A DNA stretch of 64,000 bases from Bispira polyomma (taxonomy: Eukaryota). The translations under genes were made by a program, and so were the position numbers. The notes under the pieces are model-generated. The model did not search any database. It was not told the origin of the DNA and was given only the letters and a program-made list of their open reading frames with translations. This document shows positions 13,872 to 25,233 of the stretch, in pieces. Where the stretch lies: NCBI GenBank assembly GCA_965649765.1, contig OZ287754.1:27404001-27468000 (forward strand), read 5' to 3'. The stretch's first letter is position 1. Every line of letters begins with the position of its first letter.

Positions 13872-14280
13872 TCGGGGGCAGTGTTTAGGCATTGCCCTTG
13901 TCAGTCCTCCACGACCTTAAATCCATGAGGGTACCAGTCTGTTCCTGACACAGGTAAAAAGTTTAAGTCAATAAACAAAAAACTCCTTGTTGTTATGTGA
14001 GAATGAAGGTAACTGAATCTGATTGGATGAGGCTCAAAGGACAAGTGACTTATTAGTGAAATAAGTTTAGTTTGAATTTGGCCACAGACAAATGTGGCAC
14101 GAACATTTCTGATTTCAAATTTTCTGTGATTGTTTTATATTTTATTTTACATGATTTTACAAACAGTGATTTACATTTATATGGAACATTTGCAGGACTA
14201 TTTTAGTATTTTAGTGTCTTATGAACATTCTGGAAGTTCGACTATGTCCTCACTACTCTACTCTGACAACCTCATGCTTG

Positions 14281-14304
14281 ATTGGCCCTCGGGCTGGATA
14301 TAAA
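14281..14304 (+). promoter_or_regulatory. Putative internal Pol II promoter of the YR element
   Basis: ATTGG (reverse CCAAT) at 14281-14285 and TATAAA at 14299-14304, ~160 bp before the gag ATG. Confidence 0.4.
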
Positions 14305-14462
14305 GGGACGAAGATCATTGCTAATTCAATTTAAACATTACTTGTTACAGCCGAGAAATAATCAAGTTTTGGAGTTGTCAGAACGGAGATCTGTGGGTTG
14401 TATTATTCTTGTTTCAGGACTTTATGAAAAAATTATAAAATAAGACAGTAAAGGACTAGACA

Positions 14463-15219
14463 ATGCCGCAATCAAAGGCTTTATGTAAAAAATGTGGCAA
14501 TAGACACATGCCCCCCACTGGGAAGAAGTGCACTCATGAAAGACATATTGATACAGATACTGAAGTGGTGACAGGAGAAGCTTGTGTAGTGGAGGACACT
14601 TTTGTTAAAAAACACGGGCAACACACTCAGGGCGGTAAGCTGTCAGCGACGGACAAGTGCGATGATGACCAGATCAAACAGAAACTGATTCTGCAACAAC
14701 TCCAGAGGGTTAAATAGGTTATCATATGATCAACTATCGCTAACCCAGTGGGTTCAAGGTTTTTGTAAAAACATTATGGAAGAGTCAGACAGTGACAAGA
14801 AAGACAGAATGATAAATTACATGTCGGATCTCATGGAGGATGCCACTGATTTCACATGGCAAGGAGCCAAAGCAGCACATGGTGTCTTGCTGTGTGAAAT
14901 GGAACGGGGCACCCTCACACGGGATGATAACACCAGAATAGATAGAATTAGGCGAGCTCATACTCAAAAACATACAAGCAATTCATTTGGAAACAGAAAA
15001 AAATCGGAGAGAAAGCAAGAGCAAAATAATCAGAAACCCTGGTTTTGCAAATTTTTCCAAACTGGATCATGTCAGTACACTAAAGACCATGAAATTGGGG
15101 GGAAGTTGCATCGACATATCTGTGCTCACTGTCTGGCTACAGGTAGGGTATTATCACATCTGGAAAAGGAATGCTTGTTCGCTAAGAAAAATAGGGGCCA
15201 GCAGGCAAAAAACGAATAA
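14463..15219 (+). pseudogene. gag-like ORF1 of the YR retrotransposon, broken near 14717
   Basis: N-terminal CKKCGNRH..PTGKKC; C-terminal DLMEDA..W..AKAAH..LLCEMERG and Cys/His finger CKFFQTGSC...H..HICAHC. Confidence 0.8.
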
Positions 15220-17194
15220 GTAGCTGCTCTCATAGTCTTAAACTAGAGGGCAGCGAGGGCAGTAAAAGTAACTCAATACAGACAGGTAGTAAGGACACAG
15301 GTGAGGTTTTTAGTGAAAGAAGAAAATCAGTCATTGTTGGTGCTGGATGTATTCGTCCAGAGACTAATGATAAAACATGTACAATGGCAGATAAGGCTGT
15401 CAGTTTTAACCAGACTAAAGTGTTGAATAGTCACAAAGTTATTAATGTACAGCATGTAAAATGTGTTCACAATACAATGAAGTGTCAAGATAGGTATTTT
15501 TGCAGCAATAGTGTAAAGAAACAAGATGTAGACAGTCTACTAATACGTTCTTTAAAAGATGTTATGTGCAACTTCAGGGCAGTCAGTTCTGACGTGACAG
15601 CTAGGTCATATGCCAGTGTAGTTAAGGCCAAACCTAAGGTAGGCAGGGCACGACAAACGACAGGCACTGCAAAGGTAGCACTACATGACAGACATCTCAA
15701 ACTTGTGTCACATAAAAAGAGTGACAAAAACAATAAGTGTAAAGACACAGTACAAAGACATGACAAGGTCAAGGTGAATGAGAGGGAAACCCCTACTCCT
15801 AGACAAACAAAACAAGTCCATAGTGACACAAGTGAAACACGTAAAACCAGACTGATATTCGACATTAATAGCATGGAGGATAAGTTCATTAACTCCATAC
15901 TATTTAACAATGAAAATAAAGTGAAATCAAAACACACAGAGCTGAATTGTCAAACGTTTGATGAGTTTACAAAACAAACAGAGTTTCAATTTGTTTCATT
16001 CCCTCGAGTGACCCCACACTACCTGACAGCACGGACAATGACAATAGTAGTATTGATTGTCCTATCAAGCGACATTATCAGGTTAAGAAGGGGGGGGGCG
16101 ACATTCATTTGAAAATAGACCCCATGGATTACGACTTACTTGGGTTGAATTGGCAAGGTACTTATATCGACACATGTCTCCCCTTTGGGAGTCGTCATGG
16201 TAGTCAATTTTTCCAACCCATCAATGACGCAGTGCAGTACATCATGCGTCAACGCGGAGTTAGCGTAATAAATTATATAGACGATTTTTTGGGTTACGGG
16301 ACGCTCACAGTGGCAAAACGCTCATTCGAAAGTCTCTATGACGTCATGGAGAAGTTAGGTCTCACCATAAGCCAAAAGAAACTGCTTGTACCAAGTACAC
16401 AGGCTGTATGTCTGGGCATTTTAATTGACACTATTAAAGGCACAGTAGCAATACCGGAAGAAAAACTAACAGAAATAAAATCCACAGTTAATGACTGGCA
16501 AACAAAAAATGTGTGTACTAAGAGACAATTACAATCCTTGCTAGGGTAGTTACTTTACGTCCACAAGTGTGTGAAGCCAGCGCGGTGTTTCCTTAATCGC
16601 ATGCTGGAACTACTGAGGAGTATTGTAAACCCCAATAGAATTAAGTTGATTGAAGAATTCAAACGTGACCTGAGATGGTTTCAAAAATTTCTACCCAGAT
16701 ATAATGGCGTCTCAATGTATGGGCATAAGAGGACTGACCACACTCTAGAACTGGACGCTTGTCTGCAAGGGCTAGGGGGTCGATGGAAAAATTTGGTGTA
16801 TCACCTTCCCATACCTTTACATTTTCAAAACCTAAAAATTGTCCATCTAGAGATGATTATTATCCTAGTGGCATTGAAATTATATCAAGCCTATTGGCAA
16901 GGGACCAAAGTTTTGATAAAATATGACAATCAAGCGGTAGTTCATGAGCTAAATTCAGGTAGGGCTAGAGATTCCTACCTGGCAGCTTGTGCCAGGAACG
17001 TGTGGTATCTGGCTGCCACTGCAGACATTGACTTACAGTATATACATGTACCAGGTAAGGACAATAGGACTGCAGATTTGCTTTCGAGATGGAAAAACTC
17101 AGTCAGTGACTGGACAGAATTGAACACATTAGTGCACAATCCAGTGTGGCTAGAGACCTCTATAGAATTAACACAAATAGACAACACATTATAA
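15213..17194 (+). pseudogene. pol (basic N-terminal extension + RT + RNase H) of the YR retrotransposon
   Basis: RT motifs LPFG and NYIDDFLG; RNase H motifs LDAC, HLEM, DNQAVV, HVPGKDNRTADLLSR; one in-frame TAG at 16547-16549; frameshift near 15993; deletion of the RT N-terminal part near 16105. Confidence 0.92.
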
Positions 17195-17210
17195 TATATG
17201 CAGGGATACA

Positions 17211-18200
17211 TTGACGAATATTATAAGTCAAATTAAGGTAGATACTATGCTTTGTGTTGTAGGAACAGAGGCACTGAAAAACTTACAGATGGGAGCTCAC
17301 AACAGGCTTCATATGGCATTCAGACCAAAAACAAGGAAATGTCACCAGAGTCTGTTCAGAACTTTCATTGCATTCTGTTTGTGCACTGGGTTGGTATTGC
17401 AAGTCCTGGAAGTAAAAAATGTTATGTCATTCTTAGAATACTTGGTAATACATAAAGTGTCTGTCCATATGGTAGCAAACTATGTATCAGCCATTAAGGC
17501 CATGAGTATTGTGTATGATTTGCCATTTCAAATTTTTGATCACCCAAAAGTTAAATACTTTGTGAAATCCTTAAAGATCAATAGAACAGACGCAATAGTT
17601 AAACAAAATGTATTGGATCTGGACACGTTAGAGAAATTGATCAGGCAATGTGCACATATAAGCAACTCACAGGTCTTTAAAGCTATTTTCCTTACAGGTT
17701 TTTTTGGATTCTTTAGACTTTCTAATGTGGCTCCACACACAGTGAAAGATTTTGATTTCTCATGTCATTTTATGGGCGGAGATGTGTTCTTTGAAAAAAA
17801 TGCTGTTAAACTCTTATTAAAATGGTCAAAAACTTTGCAGAATAGAGATAAGGTTCAAATTGTCACTCTACCGAGATTGAGATCCTCAATATTGTGTCCT
17901 TATGGGGCATTGAAAGACCTATTCAAACTAGATGCACCGGCCAAAAATGACCCTTTATTCCAATGTATGACAGTGACTGGCAGGCAGGTGGTCACAGATT
18001 CCAGGGTAAGAAAAGTTCTGGCTTCACTTAATCAAAAATTAGGTTATCATGCAAATTTCTATACATTTCACGTGTTCCGACGTTCAGGTGCCACCTTGGC
18101 CTACCAAGCTCAGGTTCCAATACAACAAATGAAAGATCATGGCACCTGGACGTCGGACTGCGTCTGGACTTATATCCAAACCAGTACAAATACTACATAG
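17211..18200 (+). CDS. Tyrosine recombinase (phage-integrase family) of the YR retrotransposon
   Basis: Catalytic set FFRLSN (R), WSKT (K), HVFRRSGAT (HxxR), HGTWTS (W), WTYI (Y); open for 329 aa; the TAG at 18198 may be premature. Confidence 0.92.
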   Translation: MTNIISQIKVDTMLCVVGTEALKNLQMGAHNRLHMAFRPKTRKCHQSLFRTFIAFCLCTGLVLQVLEVKNVMSFLEYLVIHKVSVHMVANYVSAIKAMSIVYDLPFQIFDHPKVKYFVKSLKINRTDAIVKQNVLDLDTLEKLIRQCAHISNSQVFKAIFLTGFFGFFRLSNVAPHTVKDFDFSCHFMGGDVFFEKNAVKLLLKWSKTLQNRDKVQIVTLPRLRSSILCPYGALKDLFKLDAPAKNDPLFQCMTVTGRQVVTDSRVRKVLASLNQKLGYHANFYTFHVFRRSGATLAYQAQVPIQQMKDHGTWTSDCVWTYIQTSTNTT

Positions 18201-18294
18201 GTGGCCACCACCTTCCAGAGACTGCTAAATGCCAGATAATGTTTCAAACCCTACTTGTTGGGCTTGAGGCTTTCTTCAAAGATTCTATGTTAAA

Positions 18295-18589
18295 AATTCT
18301 AAAGCATTGTAAAAGTTGAGGTCAAATGATGTAAATATTGGTAGCTTAAACTCAGAATCCACACTTGTGTATAGGTAACCTTAAACTGGCACAGTTTAAG
18401 TCAACTAAGGTGACCACTCAAGTTAGGGTCACCTTAAACTTCTTTCTGTAGGTGTTTCGGAATTAGTTTAAGAGCACCTTAAATGAACAGTCAAAAAATG
18501 TCTTTAAGTCAAAACTTAAAGTGGAAATTACGTTTAACCTTAAACTGGAAAAGTTTCACCTGACCTCAACTTAAGTATTAAAGAGTGTA
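18295..18589. mobile_element. Probable MITE inside the YR element 3' region
   Basis: Inverted aagttgaggtca / tgacctcaactt and internal repeats of accttaaact. Confidence 0.5.
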
Positions 18590-18815
18590 ATTTTTATTAT
18601 TGTATACTTTATAACGAATTGTACATAGTCAGTAGTTTAGAATTTATAGTTTACACCATTTTACACATATATTTTAAATAAAATATATACACCCTCATAG
18701 ACTCGTTGTCCTTGACTTGGGAGTGGTAGGGACTGTCGGGGGCATAAATAAACAAACTCCTTGTTGTTATGTGAGAATGAAGGTAACTGAATCTGATTGG
18801 ATGAGGCTCAAAGGA

Positions 18816-19940
18816 CCATAATTTATTAAGAGTAACTTCATTAAATTATAGATGTTGGTGGGTTTGTAGCAAAAGAAACACATTTTGTTTTCACCCCAAG
18901 TGACCTATTAGAAGAACCTTTTGGACACAACAAAATGTCTTTTGATTAAGAGAAAAACAAACATAGGTGATATTTAACACAGAGATAAATAGAGTAGGTG
19001 TCATCTTTTGAAAACAAAAACAGCTAAGCCTGTTTTATGAACCTTGTATTATAGATATATATAACATCAGCTTTAGGTAAATTTATAAACGATACAAACA
19101 AACCTGTCATACCTATGTTTTATAATGTAAAATGTTATCATGAAATACAGCCCAGGCCTGAATTAAACCCTAGTCATGTGTGTTCTTTAGTGAGTGTATT
19201 ACCTACAGGGCTAACAGTGCTAATGATCTAAAACTCAAGTTCCTACTCAAGTTAATGTCACTACAATCTACTCAACTCTATACTTGGGAGTTCCATTAAA
19301 ATTGCCAACGTGCCCCCTGGGACAACTGTGTTTATATTGTGGAGATTGTTTTTGTAATTGCTTTTGGGTTTTTGCTTAGACATGAAGAACAAACTGATAT
19401 TTTGTAGAAAAGATTAAAAACCCACCAAATTCAATCAGGCCTGCTGGGGCAATGCCTCTCAGTCACTAAAATATTGTACATTACAGTATTACTTATAAAC
19501 AAGTTGTTTCCCAAGGCAGCAGTCAATCAAAGCAACTAACTTAACTCAATCACAACAAGACTTTTTTTGCATTTTGGCGCCCTTTCTTTTATGTGGCCAT
19601 TAACATAATAAAGTTGAATAAGTAAAAACTAAATTTTTTGGCCACCCGCCCTCCTTGTCATGAGGTTGTATGAATAATTATATACATATACGTGTATTTT
19701 AAATTGTATGCTAAAATGTATGGTATTTAAAGGTGTTATTATTTTAAATTATTCTGTATAGATGTATATAAAAGCAAAGAAACTGTAAATAAACTGAAAA
19801 ATCCCAAACTGCATCCGACTTTATTATTCCTTAATAATAATAATATCAAGAAAGATTTAATGTGCCCATTCCGTCTGCTGTTCACAGACATCTGCCAATT
19901 ACACAACTTTTGAAAGCCATAGTTTTACTTATTTAGCTAT
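18816..19940. repeat. ~1.13-kb direct repeat, right copy
   Basis: Matches 12745-13871. Confidence 0.95.
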
Positions 19941-20391
19941 ATGCTTTGACAAATAAACATGATTTTAATTCTGATTCAAACGTGTATTTTGTATGCGATG
20001 AGTCTGAGACTAGCAGGAAGTTAATTCCAAAGTTTAGGTTCAGACTGCAAACAATCTATCACCATACAAAGTCTTTGCGAGCTAGAGGCATTTTGGAATG
20101 ATGAGAAGTGTGGGTAGACCTGAGTTGCCTCATTATTGGTTTCACTTTGACCATGTCAGCTGGATGCCAATCCAATTAAATAACTTTGAATCTTATTTGT
20201 TTTTGCTACGGAGAGCCAATGCAGTTCTTGTAATAATAATGTTACATACGTAGACTTTCTTTCTTTAAATAACAACTTAGGTACAGAATTTTGAATCATT
20301 TGAAGTGGTAACGTCCACTTTTGATGTAACAAAAGTGTTTCTGAAGTAGTTTTGTGTGCCTTACTGTTATTACTTTAATATACTCCCCTTA

Positions 20392-20959
20392 TGTCCTGGT
20401 CCCACCGGCCGTCACATTAGGAGTCGTTTAAAAATTAATTTGCGTAGGTTCTGCATGGTATTTGCGGGAGCTGACGTAATATACATAAACATACATAACC
20501 TGGCGTAAGAGATGAGATGCAAGAAATTTGTAATTTCAAACTGTTTGACATTTGGACAAGCAAAAGCTATAAAAATTCGATGTACTTAAACATGAATTTT
20601 ATCGTGAGCATTGCGACAGTTTGCGTAGTGTAATGGCTATGTGCGTCACAATACATCAATGACGTGGTTTTGAAGTAGTCAAATGTACTTTAACGTCGCA
20701 AATGACGGCCTTTAACGTGTATTGGCGTACTCATACATGTCATACGGGGGTTTAAATACATACTTGGACGTGAACTTATGCATCCCCTGCAAGACTTTAC
20801 AGCTTTTGACGTACTAATACATGAATTTTAATGTCTGTTGGCCCCTTTAACGTTGGGAAAATTACTAATTTTAAGTTTTGCATGACGTTTTGCATCAAAT
20901 ATTTTACAAGGCCATGCGTGACTTACATGTCCTGACGTAAATCCGGTGGGACCGGCCCA
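20392..20959. mobile_element. PIF/Harbinger-type MITE
   Basis: TIRs tgtcctggtcccaccgg / ccggtgggaccggccca; TTA TSD on both sides; empty site tactccca-tta-gatcc at ~46941-46956. Confidence 0.88.
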
Positions 20960-21219
20960 TTACATCCAAAATTAGTACTCATAAAATGTGAAATTTGACT
21001 CCTATATATATATATATATATTTATGTGCCTCTAGCTCGCAACAACATTGAAACATTAATTCCTTGCACTTTATGAATGCCTAACTGTTATGTAATCATG
21101 AATTTAAATAAAAAACTAGTTCAAACTAAATCTAGACAACATTGAGCTTTTAGTTAATTGGAGCCGGTCACAAAGTTATATCTTCATCAAAGTTTCCTCT
21201 GCATAATTTTATGCCATCT

Positions 21220-21522
21220 CACCAGAGGAAATCGTGATTCCTTTACCAACAAATCTAGCGGGTTAAAAATCATTTAAAGTTTCAGCACCTGCTGAATGGA
21301 ATAGTCTCCTTGTCAGTCTTCGTACTGAGACAGGGAGTACAGGCTTCTGTAACATCTGTATCAATTAATTGTTTTGCCTTAACAATTTTCTACTGGTTAC
21401 ATCTGAACTCTGATAATATATCTTTCCTTCTATCACAGTATTATCTTGCATACTGAGATGTGCCCCACAGAGTATGCCTAGTCATTGATTGTGACTCTGT
21501 AGAAGAAAAGCATTAACATTAA
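21220..21522 (+). mobile_element. L2 3' fragment (paralogue at ~47185-47400), related to the L2 at 49329-51390
   Basis: KSFKVSAPAEWNSL translation and 3' UTR gattgtgac..tagaag. Confidence 0.75.
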
Positions 21523-21990
21523 TCTTTTGAACAACCAGGTTAAACCTAAGTGTCACATTTTCTGTACCAGCTCACATTTCTCAGCACATATCTCTAACAT
21601 TCATCAATCAGCCTGATACCACTAGAAAGAACTTCATTCAAGACGTGGCATTTTGGACAACCCAATTGTCACAATTCTGGTTAACAACGTTGGGTAGTAG
21701 TTTGCATTGACTATTGCAACATACCAATGTATGATTGATATCAATCTTATCTTAACCCTTTTAACCCTAAATGAACCTATCTGAAGCAATTTTTGGGGGG
21801 CAATAGGTTACAAATAGGTGGATTCACTAAAACACACACAACAGACTACTTATGCTATTCGCTAGCTGTCTATATAATTTTTTAAACAAAGGATTTCTCT
21901 GGTCTAAAAAATTCCCATTGCCAGTAACTGAAGGACATTAGCATAATATGGGGTCATGGAAGTCGCAAGGGTTAAAGTACAAAAGCTAAA

Positions 21991-22241
21991 TTGAATTTGA
22001 ATTGGGATATTTAACGTCCACTCTAGTACCTGTTTAGGTTATATTGGGACGGGTAGTTGGAAATACTGGAGGAAACATTGCATACAGTTGATCAAGGTTC
22101 TGCACTGGAACCAGAGGCCCACAGTAAGGAACTACCACCTTTCCCACATAGGCATCGACGGGAGTCGAACTCACGCCAGAGGTGAGAGACCAGTGATTGT
22201 AAAGCACAATGCTTGCTAACCACTAGGCCACCGCGGCCCCC
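21991..22241 (-). mobile_element. tRNA-derived SINE (young family; resembles molluscan Meta/MESC-type SINEs)
   Basis: A box tggcctagtggttag, B box gagttcgactc, (aattca)n tail, 13-bp TSD taca(a/g)aagctaaa at 21978-21990 / 22243-22255; empty site at ~47730. Confidence 0.92.
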
Positions 22242-23144
22242 TTACAGAAGCTAAAACCCTTGCAGATAGGGACATTGACCTTAATTTGAAATGACCATCA
22301 CATCATAAAAAATATTTTGGCCAAGATCGTGCCAAGGAAATATTTTTTCTTTTATGACCTTTTTGTCACTTTAAAAAATGTGAGCATTACCTTGTGAAAT
22401 GTGAACATTACCTAGAAATAATACACACTTTTAACAATAGCATGACTTCACATAAGTGAATTTGAACACTCTAATTGGTTAGAGTTTTGGATGGTGATGC
22501 ACTGTTAAAGGGTGTGCATTAATTACTTTGGAAATATTTACACTGATTAAGATGCATCATTGAGGTTCTATTTTACATATCCGGGATAATCTGTACAGTT
22601 GATAAAAGTGGCTTTTTCCTCTGTCAGGAGATAGTTTAATAAATATAACGTAATGACTCTGGAGTAATGAAAAGTCATTTGAGTGGCCCCACTGGATGAG
22701 AAAAAATCCCTGAAACAAAGTAATAAATAGCAATTCCAAGACTGGGACAATCCATTAATAGAAAAATTATAGGGAAACAGAGAAAGGTTTAAGACGGTAT
22801 TTAGGGTTTAAAATATACACTACATAGTCTATTAGGCATTGTGTGTGCCTATGAATTGCAATGAGTGTATTAGTACTTATAGAAAAACCTCAGTTTAATA
22901 TGCATATGTATGTGTCCTTCTCTCAAGTACACAAAGAAACATTTTGGTTGCTATGTAATTCTTGTCATTAACTGCAAGACATGCAAGATGTTTGTAATGT
23001 GTGTAACTACATTACATCTAAACGTAATATTTCTTGACATACAAAACCTTTTAAATTTGTAAAATAACCAAATTCTTGTGACTTCAGGGGTGGGGGAATT
23101 ATGTATTTTGTTTTTCTTTGTCACCAGGATTACTGTGGAGTGGA

Positions 23145-23345
23145 GGAGGGGACCCAATGGTTAGAAGTGCTTGTTTCGCAAGCACTGTCCTCTCACCAAT
23201 GTGGGTTTCAATCCAATTTGTTCCTTCATGTGGGAAAGTTTTGTCATGTCGGTGATACTTCACTACTGGTTTTTTCCATCATTATATCTGGCCAGTGTTA
23301 TGTGACCCAAGCTGTTGAAAGCAATGTAAAGAGCCAACTAAATTC
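23145..23345 (+). mobile_element. Old tRNA-SINE of a related family (paralogue at ~48258-48457)
   Basis: Decayed A/B boxes, atgtgggaaag core, gttgaaagcaatgtaaa 3' end. Confidence 0.65.
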
Positions 23346-25233
23346 CAAAGGTTAATTGATTTGTTACTGATGGACCTTTACTTTACATACCACAGTAAAA
23401 CATCAATCACCAAAAAGATCCATTATTTAACCTACAGAGGCATAGGCGGATCTAGTGTGGTTAAAGATATCCCCCTTTTTTTGAGGCACAGCCTGATATT
23501 ATTTTCACTCTGAAAAGGGTGCCACTATCCTTGAAAAGGGAACCACCATCTTAGCAATAATATGTAAGGCCTTTGTGGATTGCTTGGAAGCAATTGACCC
23601 GTCCAAATTGAGGGGTGTCAGATCAATATTTGTATGGGTGCCAAGCAGGCCTATAGTATGTAGTAGCCATATCAATGTTACTGTATTTTACACTGTGTCT
23701 TTTTTAAAAAGAAACAACTCTTGTGAAAATAGTTTTTTTAAAGCTGCAGCAAACATTTGTCTAAAAAGCAAATTTGAACATTTTGTGCTCACATTCTATT
23801 TGGGGAGTGGACTTCCCCTACGCCTTTTACAAAATTTGCATATGAAAGGTCACAAATTTCCTTTTTTTTGAACACTTTACTAACAGACCACCACACATGA
23901 AATATCACTTATTTATGGAACAGTGTAAGCACAACAGTAGTGTGGTTTTATTTATGTTGGTGGTGTAATATTTTTAGTAGTGTTGGCGGTTTATAACTCA
24001 ATATTTTGACTTTGAACCCAAAATATTGACTTCATATTTGGAGTGTTGGCAGTTTCTAAGTCAATATATTGTCTTCGAATTCAAAATATTGCCTTCATAT
24101 TGGTAGTGTTGGTGCTTTACAAGTTAATATTTTGACTTTGAAGGTATTATCTTGGGAGTTATATTGGTTTTTTTTATCCTGATACGTCTTGCATGCCGGA
24201 ATGACTATAGCTAACTGTAACCGATGACTAAAAAGTTTGAGACAGTTCCTGGCATTACATTGGGTGGTCGAAGGGTTAATACTTGAAGGGTCTAGTGCCC
24301 TCGAGGTAATACACTTACCTCGCAACCACGTAGTTGTGAATTTAAAAATATTTGCCCTAGTGGTGTGAATTAAAAAATATCCGTCCCAGCAGGGAGGAAA
24401 TTTGGTGCTGGACACTAATTGCTGAAGGCCAGTTATTTAAAGTACACCCGTCATTGATAAGTTAGACGGTTTATGAGTTATACGGTAATACCGCAGACGT
24501 CTAAATAGAGCAAAATATAGCAAAATGACATACCTTATGTTCGTATAAACTTTAGGAACTGTGAAACATAGTGAATGTTTATCCTCACATGTATATTTCA
24601 TAAAATGAAGCAGTAATTCTATAATAGAATACAATAATAAGAAATGTTTTTTCCTGGACGTACATATCCATCTTGGTGAATGTGGCGTCATATTTATCAT
24701 TAAGTTTTGTACAAAATAACATAAAACATAAATATCATCTTATGTCCAAATAAAACTAATTTTTTGTGTCAGTTTCCTACACAAACACATATATGTGTAT
24801 TTTCTCTACTATTCTGTACATGTATGATAACTTTGTTTAAAATTGTAAGTTTTAGATTTTGTGAATATTGTATGCTGCGTTTAATAGGATTCACCATATT
24901 CCATGTACCACATAGAATTCATTCTTATCACATCACATAAGGTATGTCCACAATACATTTTATTTATTATTTAATCTGTATACATGTAATTATTGTTCAC
25001 TTTAATATAAAAATCTAAGTTATCTGTCAAGTATATTAATAATCTAAGTATGACTAATGTTTTATTGATTAGTGAAAGTTATCTCCATTAGGCTTAGTCT
25101 TATGTACATAAAAGTCTAGACCTAATTTAATGTTTCACTGATTTTTGGCAGAAGTATTACCAATTTGAAGCACCCATTACCCCCACAAAACTGTTTAGTA
25201 TATGAATAATATTTGGAAACAGATATATGTACT

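Larger units (their letters stand above)
13872..18815 (+). mobile_element. Tyrosine-recombinase retrotransposon (order DIRS, Ngaro-like), internally deleted and 3'-truncated
   Basis: gag, RT/RNase H and YR ORFs on one strand; no methyltransferase domain seen; direct repeat 13971-14041 / ~18745-18815; left junction fixed by the empty site ttagctat|atgc at 19940. Confidence 0.93.

Noticed and set aside
17211-18200. Prophage integrase or bacterial contamination
   Set aside because: It sits directly after a DIRS-type RT/RNase H within eukaryotic repeats
21991-22241. tRNA gene
   Set aside because: A and B boxes are followed by a SINE body, tail and TSD; no complete cloverleaf
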